From NCBI GenBank assembly GCA_963790475.1, contig CAWBOS010000006.1:480001-544000 (forward strand): a DNA stretch of 64,000 nt. The letters are read 5' to 3'. Origin of the DNA: an uncultured delta proteobacterium (GTDB lineage: Bacteria > Desulfobacterota > RBG-13-43-22). The position numbers and the translations under genes were made by a program. Positions 62,871-64,000 of the stretch are shown here, piece by piece; the stretch's first letter is position 1; each line of letters opens with the position of its first letter. The notes beneath the pieces are model-generated. The model was given only the letters and a program-made list of their open reading frames with translations. It did no database searches and had not been told where the DNA came from.

Positions 62871-63836
62871 TTGGAAGAAGAACCAAAACAACACGGGTAC
62901 ACTTTCAAGCCCACACAATTCCTCGGGACACCCAGGGTAATCGCACCTCCCAAAAATGGGCACAGATCTGCAGCCGTACTTTTTGTAATTCCCAGCCTCC
63001 GCATTGGCGAGAGGGATCGCCCCAAATTCCTAGCCATCGCTAAGGCATGCTGTTTGGATGTGTTTGATGCCGAACTTGAAATTGGCAAATTCCAACCTGG
63101 GGACCAAGATTGCACTTTAGTATCTATCGCATTCTATGTTCCGGAAGCAGCATCAGAGGACGAGACCAAACAAAGTGTAAACAATGTTGGTAGGCTGCTT
63201 TTGGAACGATTCATGGGGAGCCTTTCGTTCCTGATGGGAATGCGGTTTTCGGCATTAGCCGCCCAAACCGCCATCGCACTAGATAACGGACGGTTATCCA
63301 GTCGCTTGGAAATGCAACCCGAAAAAGCCGGGCAGAGGTATGAACTCTCTCTCCCCGACGCGCCTTTTGGCGGCAGCTCCCCCTCTGATGAACTGTTTTC
63401 TGCGATGTTCTGGCTCCGTCGAGGACTTGCTGAACGTGACTCACTCGAAACTTACGGAGCGCTCATGAACGCCTTACAAATCTTGGCACGAGAGCTTATT
63501 CACTTAGAGCAAACTGAAATCACATGTACACACTGTGGTCATATCCAGGACATGAGGGTTCCCTCCATCACATCCCTTGTGAGGGAGCTGGTCGTTACAC
63601 GTCTGGGACGCCCAAAAGATCTTTTCTCACGCATTTGGAAAGCACGAAATGCAATCATTGCCCACGGCAATCGAACAGTGACGCCGAATGTCTTTCTCGA
63701 ATTGATTGAACTTAAGTATGAGGCAATTCATCTTTGTTTTGATGGGATAAATCTGGCTCTTGGTCTTCCCCCCGAAAGTCAACCACATCCACATCAAGAC
63801 CTTTTTGTCTCGTCTGCGATGATGTATGTTGATTAG
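62871..63836 (+). CDS. hypothetical protein with C-terminal HEPN-like domain (MauJ/ApeA-like)
   Basis: WLRRGL..ALQIL..CTHCG..RNAIIAHG; start codon uncertain. Confidence 0.65.
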   Translation: MEEEPKQHGYTFKPTQFLGTPRVIAPPKNGHRSAAVLFVIPSLRIGERDRPKFLAIAKACCLDVFDAELEIGKFQPGDQDCTLVSIAFYVPEAASEDETKQSVNNVGRLLLERFMGSLSFLMGMRFSALAAQTAIALDNGRLSSRLEMQPEKAGQRYELSLPDAPFGGSSPSDELFSAMFWLRRGLAERDSLETYGALMNALQILARELIHLEQTEITCTHCGHIQDMRVPSITSLVRELVVTRLGRPKDLFSRIWKARNAIIAHGNRTVTPNVFLELIELKYEAIHLCFDGINLALGLPPESQPHPHQDLFVSSAMMYVD

Positions 63837-64000
63837 ACATGTCTGGTATTGGGTCGGACCTACTTCGATTAACTTAAGAAAAATACCCAGAGGAAGTAAG
63901 GGGCGAAAAAGGGCCTCATAATGCCAAGAAAATACGAACTTTACTTTCGTAACAAGTTAAATAATTAGCAGCATGAAATTTCGGGGGAACTCTCAGATGA

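Noticed and set aside
1-64000. CRISPR array or cas genes
   Set aside because: No run of three or more equal repeats with unique spacers was seen; the 32-bp repeat occurs twice, 550 bp apart

Overview
This window looks like a Deltaproteobacteria/Desulfobacterota-type chromosome segment (inferred from gene content, the IspH-UbiA fusion and tRNA-Sec). From 1 to 33.9 kb it is an accessory mosaic: zwf/gnd, a shattered phage/plasmid primase-helicase, MATE, a Rieske-FAD reductase, a four-gene IS21 element, and a redox/stress cluster (fixABCX, ferredoxin, hemerythrin, Hsp20, PAS kinase/receiver) carrying three copies of a 'half-receiver' microdomain. From 33.9 to 40.2 kb lies a 6.2-kb integrase-less island bounded by a 70-bp duplication of the tRNA-Sec 3' end; it holds integron-cassette relics (an attC, HNH-WYL, HEPN) and decayed toxin-antitoxin (TA) genes. 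From 40.4 to 56.5 kb are mostly core genes (dusB, ispH-ubiA, GT2, mutS2, a PhlA/B/C-like set) interrupted by an IS110 and an IS1182. From 56.6 to 64 kb is a TA/defence cluster with repeat-flanked TA modules, a Type ISP-like RM enzyme, a group IIC intron 5' fragment and a HEPN-like gene. The best-supported highlight is the IS110 at 41473-43072: its ends, AG core, REP-like target, circle-junction promoter and a 3' bridge RNA whose loops match both target and donor can all be read from the sequence. All family assignments come from motif recognition by eye; no searches were run.
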